NCBI GenBank assembly: GCA_009914755.4
Contig: CP068257.2
Span: 32,352,001-32,416,000, forward strand
Direction of reading: 5' to 3'
DNA: 64,000 nucleotides
Source: the human T2T-CHM13v2.0 reference genome, Homo sapiens
Shown here: positions 15,545 to 29,436 of the stretch, piece by piece
How positions within the stretch are numbered: the stretch's first letter is position 1
Layout: each line of letters starts with the position of its first letter
The notes under the pieces: model-generated
Databases searched by the model: none
The model's input: only the letters and a program-made list of their open reading frames with translations
Told to the model about the DNA's origin: nothing
Made by a program: the position numbers and the translations under genes

Positions 15545-15995
15545 GCTGTCACAGTTTACCACAGCTGCCGTAACAAAGCACCATGAAGCATGCTGCGCCT
15601 ACAGAGATGTCCTGCCTCACAGTTCCGGAAGCCACGTGTCCCAGATGGAGGTGGCGGCAGGGCGGGTTCCTCTGAGGCTGTGAGGGAGGCGCTGTCCCAG
15701 GCCCTCCCTGGCTTCCGCTGGGGGTGCTGGCCACCCTGGGCGTTCCTTGGCTTCTAGAAGCATCGCCCAGATCTCTGCCTTCATCTTCACCCGGGGTGCT
15801 CTCCCCGTGTGTGTCTGTGTCCACATTTCCCCTTTTTATAAGGACACCAGTCAGACTGGATTGGGGGCCCACCCTACTCCTATACCATCTCTTCTTAACT
15901 TTTCTCTGCAACGACCCTGTTTCCACATAAAGCCACATTCAGAGGTACTGAGGGTTAGAACTTCAAAGGATGAATTTGGGTGGTGGGGGCCGCAA
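15545..15995 (+). mobile_element. ERVL/MaLR-class solo LTR (same family as 1548 and 10605), GC-rich copy
   Basis: 'cctcacagttccggaagccacgtgtcccagatggaggtggcggcagggc...ttccttggcttctagaagcatcgcccagatctctgccttcatcttcacc...cacatttcccctttttataaggacaccagtcagactggattgggggcccaccctactcc...cacataaagccacattcagaggtactgagggttagaacttcaaaggatgaatttgggtggtgggggccgcaattcaccccatcacag'. Confidence 0.55.
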
Positions 15996-16689
15996 TTCAC
16001 CCCATCACAGCAGGTGTACATGCTCCCTGCTTCTGGGGCTCCCTGCCTTCTGGGGCTTTCCACTCTGAGATCAAGGTGCCCAGGATGTGGAGCAGGTCAG
16101 GTGTTCAGAATTAGGAGGAGTGCAAAGGTAAGCAGAGACTTGTCCCTTGGCCCTCAAGACAGAAGTGGCAATTGCCCGGGGCCATTCAGAGCTGCCAAAG
16201 CATTTTCCTGCTTATTAGCCATTCCAGCCTCACAACTAGCAACCTTGAGAGAAAGGTCTGGAGAGAATTTTTATCCAAAAAGATGGAGTAACTTGTGCAA
16301 AAATCACGCTGTCAGCTGGAGTTGGAACTTGGGTCTTCAGGCTCTGTGTGTGGCCCTCTCAGGAGGTTGAACCAGTGATATGGGGGAGGGGTATGCACGA
16401 AGGTTCTCCTGTTGCAGGGGTTCGGGGAAGGCATTGTGAACGTGGTGACATCTGAGGAGGGCCTTGATTAAAATTTGAGGGAGAAGGGAGCTTTTTGGTT
16501 GCAGGCGACAGTTAAGTGCAAAGGGCCACCAACTCAAAGTGTCCCTGAGTTTGGGGTGCTCTGAAGTGGCATCGTCCTAATGTACAATGGGAGGATTTGG
16601 TTTTTATCTGATCTCTGTCACCCGCTGACACCTTTGTCTCATCCATTACCCTCAGCCACACCTCATCTATTCGTTAGTTAATTAATTAA

Positions 16690-16999
<310 letters not shown>

Positions 17000-17995
17000 T
17001 AGAAAGCTCTTGCTGCTTTCTCTTCACTGGGGCCAACAGAACCTCCTCGTCTAAACTCTCCTCTCTCAACAAAAATTCTCCCCACAGCCTTGGTGTGCAG
17101 CAGTTCATGCAAATAAACCCAGAGGATGATGCCAAGCTGGACTCTTCTTTCCATTTTGAGCTCCTGTCCCCCGCCCATGGCTCAAAGCCCCTCTGGCTCA
17201 TGGCACATCAGGGCAGGGTTCCCACCTGCACACCTCAAACCTTGGGATGAAAGGGTTCATAGCTCTGGTCTCACGGATCTTCCCCACAGCAGAGCCAGGC
17301 GAGCTTTCCTATGGACACAGCCCAGGCCTGCTCCCCAACTCCCATAGGCTAAGATGGCCCTGCAGGACAGGTAGGACCTTGGCAGGCAGGACAGGATGGG
17401 AGTGGGGAGGCTGCAGACGTCTGTAGAACTCCATGCTGTTCCTGGATGCCTCCCCATGCATTGTCCCATCTGGTTCCTGCTCCCTTGCAGGACTGGGCAG
17501 ATGCCATTCCCCTTTTAGAGCTGGGAAAAGAGCCCTCTGTGACTTGTCCGCGATCCCACAGTCAGAAAGCATCTGAGGGAGACTGAACACAGTTCTTCTG
17601 GATGCAAACTCAGTTCTCATTTCCCAACCTGACTCAGCCTCTGGGTGGAGGCAGCTTCTTTAGAGAGGACGCGCATCTGATGTCCTTGCAGAGAAACCCT
17701 CTGCAGAGGCTGCTGGATTGGCAAGGGCATAGGGGAGGGGACAGGGTGGGTGCAGCCCAAGATCACTGGAGTTCCTGGGAAGCGGGGAGTCTGTGGTTCT
17801 CTAATGGCTGATTTTTCTGGGGAAAAGGTGGTGTTGACTGTCCCAGCTTGGATGAGAGGATTTGCGCATTGCATCTGAAACCAAGAAAGACTAGGATCGT
17901 CTTTGGAATGTTTGGGATGGTTGATTCCGCTAAGGACTATTCATAAGGCACATTTACCAGCTCTCCCTTAGGTCTTTTCATGAACATGTTTTTAT

Positions 17996-18315
17996 TAGTT
18001 CGTTCTCACACTGCTATAAAGAAATACCCGAGACTGGGTAATTTATAAAGAAAAGAGGTTGAACTGGCTCACAGTTCTGCAGGCTGTACAGGAAGCATAG
18101 TGGCTTCTGCTTCTGAAGAGGCTTCAGGAAGCTTCCAATCATGGTGGAAGGCCAAGGGCGAGTGAGGCACTTCACGTGGCTGGAGCAGGAGGAAGGTGCA
18201 GGGGAGGTGCCACACACTTTTAAACAAGTAGATCTCACGAGAACTCACTCACTGTCACGAGAACAGCACCGAGGGGATGTGCTCAACCATGAGAAATTGC
18301 CCCCATGATCCTGAA
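17996..18315 (-). mobile_element. THE1/MST-type MaLR solo LTR (3'-truncated in this orientation)
   Basis: Reverse complement of the THE1/MST consensus: 'gttctcacactgctataaagaaatacccgagactgggtaatttataaagaaaagaggtt.aact.gctcacagttctgcaggctgtacaggaag...catggtggaaggc...cacacttttaaac...gatctcacgagaactcactcactgtcacgagaacagc'. Confidence 0.75.
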
Positions 18316-19045
18316 CAAGCACACAGAACAGGCTGCCCCTGCTGCTAGAAGGGCTTCTTGTGGGCCCCCTTCTAACCCCCACCAGCTCCTGAGTTAGAAT
18401 CCAGGAGGGTGCATCTGATTGGCTGGACCTAGGTCATGTGCTTGAGCCCTAGCAGCCCCGGCAGCAAGGGAGGCTGGAAAAGGCAGGAGTGAAGGGGCTC
18501 AGCTTCTGTACTAGGAGGTTCCACGCCCTGCCTCCTACACGATTCATACATAAATAGAGGATTCCCTGAACCCAGGAAGGGAGTTCAGATGCTGGGCAGC
18601 CAGGATAATTACAAATATTCTCTACGTTAGGGTGTGTGTGTATGTACAGGGCAGGGCTGGGATGAGCAGGGTGGTTAAGAGAATGAGATTTGGCATCACA
18701 CAGATGGGTCTGAGGACCAGCAATCTTCACTTATTATCTCTCAGTCCTGGCGATATACAGCCTGTCCCAGCCTCAGTTTTCTTGTCAGCAAAACTGGGAT
18801 ACTAATGCCTATTTCACAAAATGGTAGCCTTATTATTCTTATAGTAGATGTTATTATTAGGAATATTGTGATAGCAATCATAACATGGTGTACCCATCAT
18901 GTTATGATACCTCGGTCATGAACTGTAAGCCTATGTGTAAGGCCTGGTTAGATTGACCTTCTAATTTTTTACATGTCTCTCCAGCACAGATGGTCAAATC
19001 AGCTTTTGAGGCCTGAGTCCTGATACAGTCCTCAAAAGGCAGGTG

Positions 19046-19355
<310 letters not shown>

Positions 19356-20100
19356 TAAAAGGATTAACCTAAGCTCTAAGTATAAAGTTTTTATTGCTGT
19401 TTTATCCTATAGTGTAATGACCCTCTAACTTTTAATTGTATATATATCTATAAAATATATAGTCTTATATAGCAATGTCTGGTTGGGTGTGCCCAAAGTC
19501 CTTTATAGCTCTAAGCTTCAGAAAAGTAAATAGAAGAAGAAGATAATTAAAAGACTAAGATAAAATAAAACAATTGTCTTTCCCACTGGAATTTGGAGGA
19601 GATGGAGTTTGCAAGTAGGAGAGTTGGAGGGGTAGTTCAGCAGCTGGTTTTATCGGCAAATAGGCCAGTTAGGAGGGGTCGCTGAGGTTTATTACATGAA
19701 ATCCTCAATGGGTGGGCACTGCAGCACAGAGCAACCTGGAGTGTGTGGGGTGGGTACCCCAGTCAACACACACAGGACTCTTGCAAACAGGCTCCTTGAC
19801 TGACATGCTTCTGTATAACTTTCATAAAAAGATATTGATGTTCAGAGTAATCCTGGGGCTATGTAGATCCAGAAACCGTCAAAGAAAGTTTAGATTCTAC
19901 TCAGTAGATTTTTACCATGAAGCACATTTCACCGTGTTCTCATTCTTGGAAACTTAGGGATGGATGAGTGATGTTAATTGCAGTTTGCAATTCTCTGTCG
20001 ACCACAATGTTGAACACAGCGGGATACTCTGTTCTCATGCCTACGTGAATAGCTACCTAAATCTGATTGTTAAGTAGGCCCATAAGGTTTACAGGACAGT

Positions 20101-20126
20101 TTTTTTTTTTTTTTTTTTTTTTTTTT
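20101..20126. repeat. Poly-T/poly-A homopolymer (26 nt)
   Basis: Uninterrupted t-run. Confidence 0.9.
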
Positions 20127-20259
20127 GCACATAGGGAAAAAGATGAGTCATGGTACATGGTTGATTTCTGGATTGTATCAAATTGGGAAGAATTTATGTA
20201 ATCCCAAACTGGTATATTTGCACCAAAATTCTTGATAATGACAGGTTGAGGCTGGGTGT

Positions 20260-20710
<451 letters not shown>

Positions 20711-22276
20711 TCATTCATTTGGTCAACAAATGTCTACTGAGCACCTACAATACATCAGGCAGGGTTCTAGGCACTGGGGATACAATAGGGAACAGAACAG
20801 ATAAGTCTCCTGCCCTCATGGTAGGTGTGTGGTTTTCAGGTTACTCTGGAAAAAGGATGAACATTGGGAAAGATGGAGGAGAGAGTGAGTATTGTGTAGA
20901 GGACTGTAGGTAGGCTTGCTTCTTTTATACATTCGTTCAATTAATCCAGCATTTATGGGCCATCTTCCCTGGGCAGATTTTATGCAAGACACTGGGGATA
21001 CAGAGATGACGAAGTCTTATTTGAGAAGTTCAAAGTCTGGAGCATGGAGGCACAGACTTTATGGAACAGGATGACTGAGGTCTGGTAGAAGCAGGCTCAG
21101 AGGAAAAATATGCTAATCTTGCTAGAGAGGATTTGAAAAGCTTCCTAGAAGGAAAGAAAGGATGCTGATTGCCAGCCTTTAGAGACAGCTGAGAGCTTGC
21201 CAGGTAGCAGAGAGAGCAGAAGAAGATTCTAGGCAAAAGGAATGAGAAGACATCTATTGGGGGAAGGGAGCACTAAAAGAAGGCTGTCAGGCAGGGGAAG
21301 GCTGATGGTGGAGAGCCTTTATGGGAATTGTGATTTTAATTTAATTTGAGACATGATGGGGGCCACAGCCAGGTTGAGGAGGTAACTCCATGAAAATTAC
21401 ATTTGAGGTTGATGACTTCTGTGTGCTTGTTCAGGATCATGTCCTTAAACAGGGAATACTCATTAGCAAACTAATTAAGGACCTTAACAGGAGGGACGGT
21501 AATTTGTTGGGTTTTAGAAGACTTAGTACAATAAATATATTGATTGAGTTTGGGTTTGCCAAGGAATTAAAGAGTCCGCACTTCCCTAATAAAAATAAAA
21601 TGAAAATACTTTTTTGGAAAACTGACAGTAAGGCAGTAATGACTATAATAAACCAGAAGTCCTTCGTCCACAAACCACTGTGGTTGACAATAAGGGATTA
21701 AACATTACCTGAATTGGTAGAGAAATTATTAATAGCTGTTGCTTTTTAAAAATAGACATTTACTGCCAGTCTCTGGGGAGGAGGGAGAAGCAGAAAGGTG
21801 CAGGTGCTGATGGCTTTGAAGGGCATTAGCTGTGCCTCTTCCATTCTCATTTTCTCTTCCCTCATTCCCTTTTCCAAACTGAGAACCTGGATTCCATGTC
21901 CAGGTGGGCAGAGGGAGGAGGAGGAAGACGTGGGAGATGGCTGGAAAGAAGAACAAGCCAAATTCTTATGTACTTCTGGGCATGCTTGTGCTCCTGTTTT
22001 AATTTTTTATACCTTGCAATTTAGTGAACTTGGAGCTCCAAAACGTCTGTTGAATCTTGCCTCGGTGCTCTGGTTCTCAGCCTTGGTGGCAGCAGAAACC
22101 CTTAAACAAAAGGTTGAAAACTGCACGTTCCCAGCGCTTTCCTCCCCGCCCCTTTCCTGGGTTTTCTGTTTACTGGGATGTGGAGAGGAAGTGCAAACTC
22201 TGTAGTTTCTAAAGTTCCACAGGGGGCTTTGGATGCTTTACCTGGGGTTGAGGTACTGACTTGGAGGCTCACTTGT

Positions 22277-22633
22277 TGTATTAGTCTGTTTTTATGCTGC
22301 TGATAAAGACATACCTGAGACTGGGTAATTTATAAAGAAAAAGAGGTTTAATGGACTCACAGTTTCACATGGCAGAAGGCAAAAGGCACGTCTTACATGG
22401 TGGCAGACAAGAGAGAATGAGAATGAAGCAGAAGGGGTTTCCTCTTATAAAACCATCAGTTCTCATGAGACTTAGTCACTACCACGAGAACAGTATGAGA
22501 GAAACTGCCCCCATGATTCAATTATCTCCCACTAAGTCCCTCCCACAACATGTGGGAATTATGGGAGCTGCAATTCAAGATGAGATTTGGGTGGGGACAC
22601 ATATCACTTGTGTCCCCAAACCATATCACTTGT
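22277..22633 (-). mobile_element. THE1/MST-type MaLR solo LTR
   Basis: 'gtattagtctgtttttatgctgctgataaagacatacctgagactgggtaatttataaagaaaaagaggtttaatggactcacagtttcacatggcagaaggc...cttataaaaccatcagttctcatgagacttagtcactaccacgagaacagtatgagagaaactgcccccatgattcaattatctcccactaagtccctcccacaacatgtgggaattatgggagctgcaattcaagatgagatttgggtggggacac...ccaaaccatatca'. Confidence 0.8.
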
Positions 22634-22649
22634 GTTCTCTCTCTCTTTC

Positions 22650-22985
<336 letters not shown>

Positions 22986-24664
22986 TAGTCCTGGGAAGGC
23001 AGTGCTGCTCTAGACTTTCCATGGCTGTTTTGCCAGACATGCAGCAGAACTGGTGTGCCTGTCTGGGGTAGGGAGATGGGGCCCAGGGTGGGCTCTGAAA
23101 GAAGGCTCTGGAAGGAGTTTGGAGCATGACAGCATTGGGTGCCCTCAGGGGGCAAAACAGCAGAGGACAAGGTACAGAAAGATCTAGGTGGTAGGAGAGG
23201 CTTCCAGAAGAGAGGCAGTAGGGACCTGGGTCTCGGCTATGCAGGCCCACGCCCTTGGACCTCAGGCACGCTTATCTCCAGCTTCTCCCCTTCCCTGCTG
23301 TGGGTGGGGCATGCCCACCTGCTGAGGAAATACCTGGAAAGAAACCATGGGACAACAATCTAACCCTGGTACTTTTCCACTCCATATGGATCTAGAACTC
23401 CTGGCACATACTCCTGTGTGATCTTGTGGAACACTGGGCTTCTCTGGAGGAGTCATTAAGTGCTGGCTGCACCCTGAAACGGTGGCCCTGTGACTCTGCA
23501 GAGGTCACCACAGAAGTTCTTTCACTCTGGGTCATCCCCCATCTTTAGCTCCCCTCCCCTTGGTCTTGTGTTGCTTATCTTCATTAATTTGTGATGAGGA
23601 GATATGTTTTTATCACTGAGGCCTCAGCCTGCCACCTGCCTCCCCGTTTTCCTTTTGCCTTCAGAAACTAGTTATTTTTACAAAGGAGGGAGGAGTGCTC
23701 CTCCCTCCAATTCCATTTAAAACAAACATGGTTTTGGCACAACAAGCCTGCCTCCTCGAAGTAATGGCCGCTCCCCCGTGCCAGTTGCTATTCTGCCCTC
23801 ATGAGAGTGGAGCGTGTGTTTCCTCCCCTAGTTCCTCTTTGTTTCTCTGCCCTTCCTCCTCTGAGGGCACAGGGGCAGACAGGACATCCTCCCACCAGGG
23901 GCTGCCTAGTGACTGGCCGAAGATTCTGATCATTTCAGGCCTCCCTTCACATTCTCCAGCGGCATTTTAAGGTCTTTGCTGTAAGGCAAAAGCTGGTTTT
24001 TCATCCTTCCTCCTTATCCAGGTCTTCTGTTTCTGGGGTCAGTCTGGTGCGTAGACAGTTCCACACATACTCTGTATTAGGGATCCTGAAAGAGAGAAAG
24101 CTAAAAGGGACTTCTTCCATTTCAAGAAGAGACTTAAACAAGATAGAATTCCCTTTCCTTCTTATGAGACTGAGAATAAGCACTCTAGCAGCCCTTAGTA
24201 TCAGGGTCCCAGGCTCCCTCTGCCATATTGTTTTGCCATCTATAGGGTGTTGCTGCCTTTTACGGGACTCACAGTGGGTCACAATCATTTATTGATCCAG
24301 GTAGTAGGATGCCCTTTAAGGGCCTGATTCAGAAGTTGTACATATCACTGCCACTCACATCCCATTGGTTGGCTCTTAGTAACATAGCCCTACCTAGAGG
24401 TAGGTGAGGCTGGGAAATGTAGTCTTTACGTGGGTGTCTGGGAAACCAACTAAAATCTCTATTAATTATTAGAAGTTTTAAAAAGATAAATGTTTCATGC
24501 ATGTGTGAGAAAACGGCATTCTCTAATTGTCGAATGCAGAATTCTATATATGGTCGTTAGTTCAAGCTTGTAATTTGTGTGGCTGTTTTGTCTGCCTGAC
24601 CCATCAATAATAGAGACCTATCAATAATTGAAATCTCTCTCGACGGTAGTGGATTTGTCAATTT

Positions 24665-24830
24665 CTCCATGTATTTCTATCCATTTTTTGTTTTATATAT
24701 TTTGAGGTTAATTAGGTGCATTCATATTTGGCATTGTCATGTATTTAGCATTCCCCATGTATTTCTATCAATTTTTTGTTTTTTGTATTTTGAGGTTTGT
24801 TCATTAGATGCATTCATATTTAGCTTTGTC
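24665..24830. repeat. Tandem duplication, 2 copies of about 77 bp
   Basis: 'ccatgtatttctatccattttttgttttatatattttgaggtt..ttaggtgcattcatatttggcattgtcatg' followed by 'ccatgtatttctatcaattttttgttttttgtattttgaggtttgttcattagatgcattcatatttagctttgtcgtg'. Confidence 0.8.
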
Positions 24831-25089
24831 GTGTCTTCTTCGAGAACGAACCCTTTTCTCTGCATCCAGTGATCCTCTCTAGCCCTAAATATGCTTTTTC
24901 TTTTAAAGTATATTTATCCTATATTGACATATGTTGTTATCTTTCTTCATTCTTTTAATTTCAACATTTGTTCATGTTTTTATACTTTAGATATACCTTT
25001 TATAAATAGTATGTAGGTGGATTTTGTTTTTTAAATCCAATCTGATGATTTCTGTCTTTTAGTTGGCAAATTTAGGCCATTTATATTGA

Positions 25090-25417
<328 letters not shown>

Positions 25418-25643
25418 TTATTTCACATATTTCTTGCGGCTTTTCCTGGATTTATTTTTCTTATTTGAATATCACTTCTTCAAAAAGTGTTTTTAAATGT
25501 GGATTGTAGCATGACAGACTTCCTCAAGCCTTGTATGCCTGAGAATATTTTCATCACACCTTACATTTGAATGACAATCTTGCCAGAAATGGAATTTTAG
25601 GTTCAATGTACTTTCCTCAGTACTTTATTTATGGATTAATACT

Positions 25644-25930
25644 TTTTAGAGACAAGGTCTCACTCTGTGTCCCAGGCTGGAGTGCAGTGGCATGATTACA
25701 GCTTACTTCAGCCGCGACCTCCTGGGCTCAAGCGACCCTCCCACCCACTTCAGTCTCTCAAGTAGCTGGGACTTGCGGTGCTACCATTCCCAGCTAATTT
25801 TTGTATTTTTGGTAGAGATGGGGTTTCGCCATGTTGCCCAGGCTGGTCTCTAACTCCTAAGACTAAGCTATCCACCTGCCTTAGCCTCCCAAAGTGCTGG
25901 GATTACAGGCATGCACCATGGCTCCCAGCC
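25644..25930 (-). mobile_element. Alu SINE (inside the L1)
   Basis: 'agagacaaggtctcactctgtgtcccaggctggagtgcagtggcatgattacagcttacttcagccgcgacctcctgggctcaagcgaccctcc...ggcatgcaccatggctcccagcc'. Confidence 0.85.
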
Positions 25931-27212
25931 ATTCAGCACTTTACAACTCACACTTCATTATGTTTTTGCATTCACTGTTGTGGTTAAAAAGTATGATATT
26001 CACTTTTAAAGTGACTTTTAAAAAGTATGATATTCACAAAGGAAAAAGGTTATTTTTCCTTAGTAGGTGTTATGCTCCTTCTGAGAGTTTTCAAAATTTT
26101 CTTTTTGAGTTTGGTATTTCTAAATTAATTAATTAATTATTTCCATGATTCTGCATGGTATTCCTAAATTTGATTCTAGTGTGCCTAGATGTGGAATTTT
26201 CTTCTCTTTCCTTTTGATGTTCTATGCACTCTTTTAATTTGAATATATTCATCTTTAATGCTTGGAAACGTATCTCCATGAATTCTTCATCTATTTTCTT
26301 CTCTTCATTTCTATTTATTTTTTTCTATTCTGTGACTCCTTTTGTCTGGATGCTGGTAGTTTTACTTTCATTCTCCAAGTCTCTTAACTTTTCTTTTATA
26401 TTTTCTACATTTGAATTTTCCCCTGCTTGCTTCCTGGAGTGTTCCTCAATCTGATTTTCTAATTCACTAATTCATTCTTTAGCTGTATCCATTCAACCAC
26501 GAAGCCCATTTATTGTGCTCTTTATTCCCATTATATAATTTCCATACCTTGTATTTTCTCCCTGTTCTTGTTTTATATTGCTATGTTTGGATGAACAAAG
26601 AGAGAGAATGGGCAAGCCTGGGAAAGAACCCCAGATAGGATGCCCCCATTTGGTATCACCCACCAAGCAACACCTGAGGCCAGAGCTTCCTCTTCAGATC
26701 CTCAGGCAGAAGCAGCAACAGGAATAGGCATGCACAGTTTATCATCCCCAACTCTGGGATTGGGAGGGCAGGGAATGCAGAGGCTACTCAGCCTTCACTG
26801 AAGTTCTATAAGGTTTCACTGGAATGGGACTTCTGGGCTGCCCTGATTTTACTCTTGTGTCAGCAGTTTGGGCCACAACTGCCAATTTCTAAAGGCCGAG
26901 GAAAGATAGTGATTGTCCCAAGGCAATGATGGAAGAGAAGAGTGGAACTCAAGTTGCTTTTTCTACTGTCTCCTCCTAGAGCAGCACCAGCTGGCTCATC
27001 CCAGGCTGCAACCCTTACCACTCTTACCACCATACACATGCAACAGTTTCTCTTTCAGTATTCTCACAGTTTTTCCGTTAGTTCCTGAATTTTGTGTTTT
27101 GTACCTCAATTAGGTTGACTCTGGGCAAGACGTATAATGGTTTATGTGAATTTTCCATCTTGGCAAAAATTGGAGTCTCAGCAGAGCAACCTTTGTAAGC
27201 CTGTTGTATTAG

Positions 27213-27668
27213 TCAGGCTTCTCCAGAGAAACAGAACAAATAGAATGTGTATATATTTATAGAAAGAGATTTATTATATGAAATTGGCTCATGAGATTAT
27301 GGAAGCTGACAAGTCAAAAATCTGCAGGGTAGGCTGGCAGTCTGGAAACCCAGGAGAAGCAATGCTTTAGTTATAGTTCTAGTTCAAAGGCAGTCTGCAG
27401 GAGAACCAGGAGGTGCCAACATTGCAGATGAAGTCCAAAGGCCATCTGCTGGAGAATCCTCTCTTGCTCAGGTGAGGCCAGTCTTACTGCTTTCTATTCA
27501 GACCTTCAACTATTTGGAGGATACCCACCCACATAATGGAGGGCAATCTACTCAAAGTCTATGGATCTAAATGTTAATCTTATCCAAAACCAACCTCACA
27601 CCCAGAATGGTGTTTGACCAAATATCTGGGCGCCCCATGGCCCAGTCATGTCAACACGTAAAATTAAC
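27213..27668 (+). mobile_element. ERVL-type solo LTR ('tgtattagtcagg...' family), 3'-truncated
   Basis: 'tgttgtattagtcaggcttctccagagaaacagaacaaatagaatgtgtatatatttatagaaagagatttattatatgaaattggctcatgagattatggaagctgacaagtc...atctgctggagaatcctctcttgctcaggtgaggccagtcttactgctttctattcagacc...atccaaaaccaacctcacacccagaatggtgtttgaccaaatatctgggcgccccatggcccagtcatgtcaacacgtaaaattaac'. Paralogue of 33221-34007. Confidence 0.6.
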
Positions 27669-28034
27669 TCTTACACCTGCTATTCCAAGTATGGTTTGAG
27701 GACCAGCATTGGCCTCACCTGGGAGCTTGCTAGAAATGCAGAATCTTGGGCCCACTTTTGCCAAGATGCCTGCATTGGAATAAGATGCGAATCTTTTCAA
27801 TTTATTGAGCCAGAGCTTCATATCAGTAAAAATAAGAACTTTGGATTACATAAGAGATTCTCTGATTAATGTCCCTGCATGATCAGGGATCTTAAAAAAA
27901 AAACAATTACATAAAACTGCCTAGGCTCACCCCAGACCAATTAAAACCGAATCCCTAGAATAGGGCTCAGGCATCTCTTATAGTGTTTTGTTTTGTATTT
28001 TTTTTTTAAATCTATGCTGGTGAATCTGTTATCC

Positions 28035-28205
28035 ACTGAAGGTGAGAATCTTCAGAGTTGTGCTTCTCAAACTACAATATGCATGCACATCACTTGGAGA
28101 TCTTGTGAAAAATGCAGATTCTGGCTCATGAGACCTGGGAAGGCTGGAGATTGCATTTCCATCACTTCCTGTTTCAGGACCACTGTTGGACTTGGGAGAT
28201 GCTAG
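28035..28205. mobile_element. MER5-like hAT MITE fragment (tentative)
   Basis: 'gttgtgcttctcaaactacaatatgcatgcacatcacttggagatcttgtgaaaaatgcagattctggctcatgagacctgggaaggctggagattgcatttccatcacttcc' resembles the palindromic 'ctcaaa...cacctgggaacttgttagaaatgcagattctc...' MER5 consensus. A related fragment lies at 27690-27790. Confidence 0.35.
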
Positions 28206-28932
28206 ACTGGATGACAGGTGAGATCCTTTGCAGTTCTGAACTGCTCTGATCCCTGAAACCAGGAGAGCTTCACAGGTTTGCCAAGGTGGGTTCCACCCAG
28301 GGACACACCTCTTAGTATCTAACCAGGAAATAAGGCCTCCCTCTCTGTGGTTTCCAGCATCTTCTGAACTCCTCAAGTCAAAGAAATCAGATGCCTTCCT
28401 GCTGCTGCTACCCACATGGAAACTAATACATTGCTCCTATTGAAAGCTTGGCTCTGTGCCCTGTGGCCAGAGTATAAGGCTCTAGAAGATATTAACTGTG
28501 TCCTCTGTGGGGATGGGCAGATTAAGAATGGTGATTTGGCATCAGAGTAACCTCATGTGGTGACTGAAAAACGTAAACTAATTGCAGACCAAATTTAAGA
28601 TGGTCGTACCTGAAGCCTAAGCCGAGGCCTGAGCGGCACCCTCAAGAGTCCCCTCTTGTCTCCTCAGCTGGAATAACTTTTTCTCAACTGGTGGCTATCT
28701 TGGACGTTAGTTTAAAGCTCTGTTGTAATGTATGTCACCCTGACTGGAGTTCTAGGTATTTTGTTTCTTTTCTAGATTGAGATCTTTGGGGCAACCACTA
28801 TGACTCTCTGCTTTCCTTCCAGTCCCTTCCACCACCCATCCCCAGCTGCGGCCAGGGCAGACCTTAGAAAACCTAAGGGGTTTTACTCCCCTGCTTGGAG
28901 CGCTCCAAGGAGGCGCTTGATGCTTGGAGTAA

Positions 28933-29436
<504 letters not shown>

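Noticed and set aside
14773-15586. Longest ORFs in the window (232 aa and 262 aa, + strand; several - strand ORFs), rich in His/Thr/Pro or Cys/Val/Trp
   Set aside because: They lie entirely within the CA/CCA minisatellite. The amino-acid composition simply reflects reading CAC/ACC/CCA (or GTG/TGG/GGT) codons. There is no start context or splice signal and no complexity.
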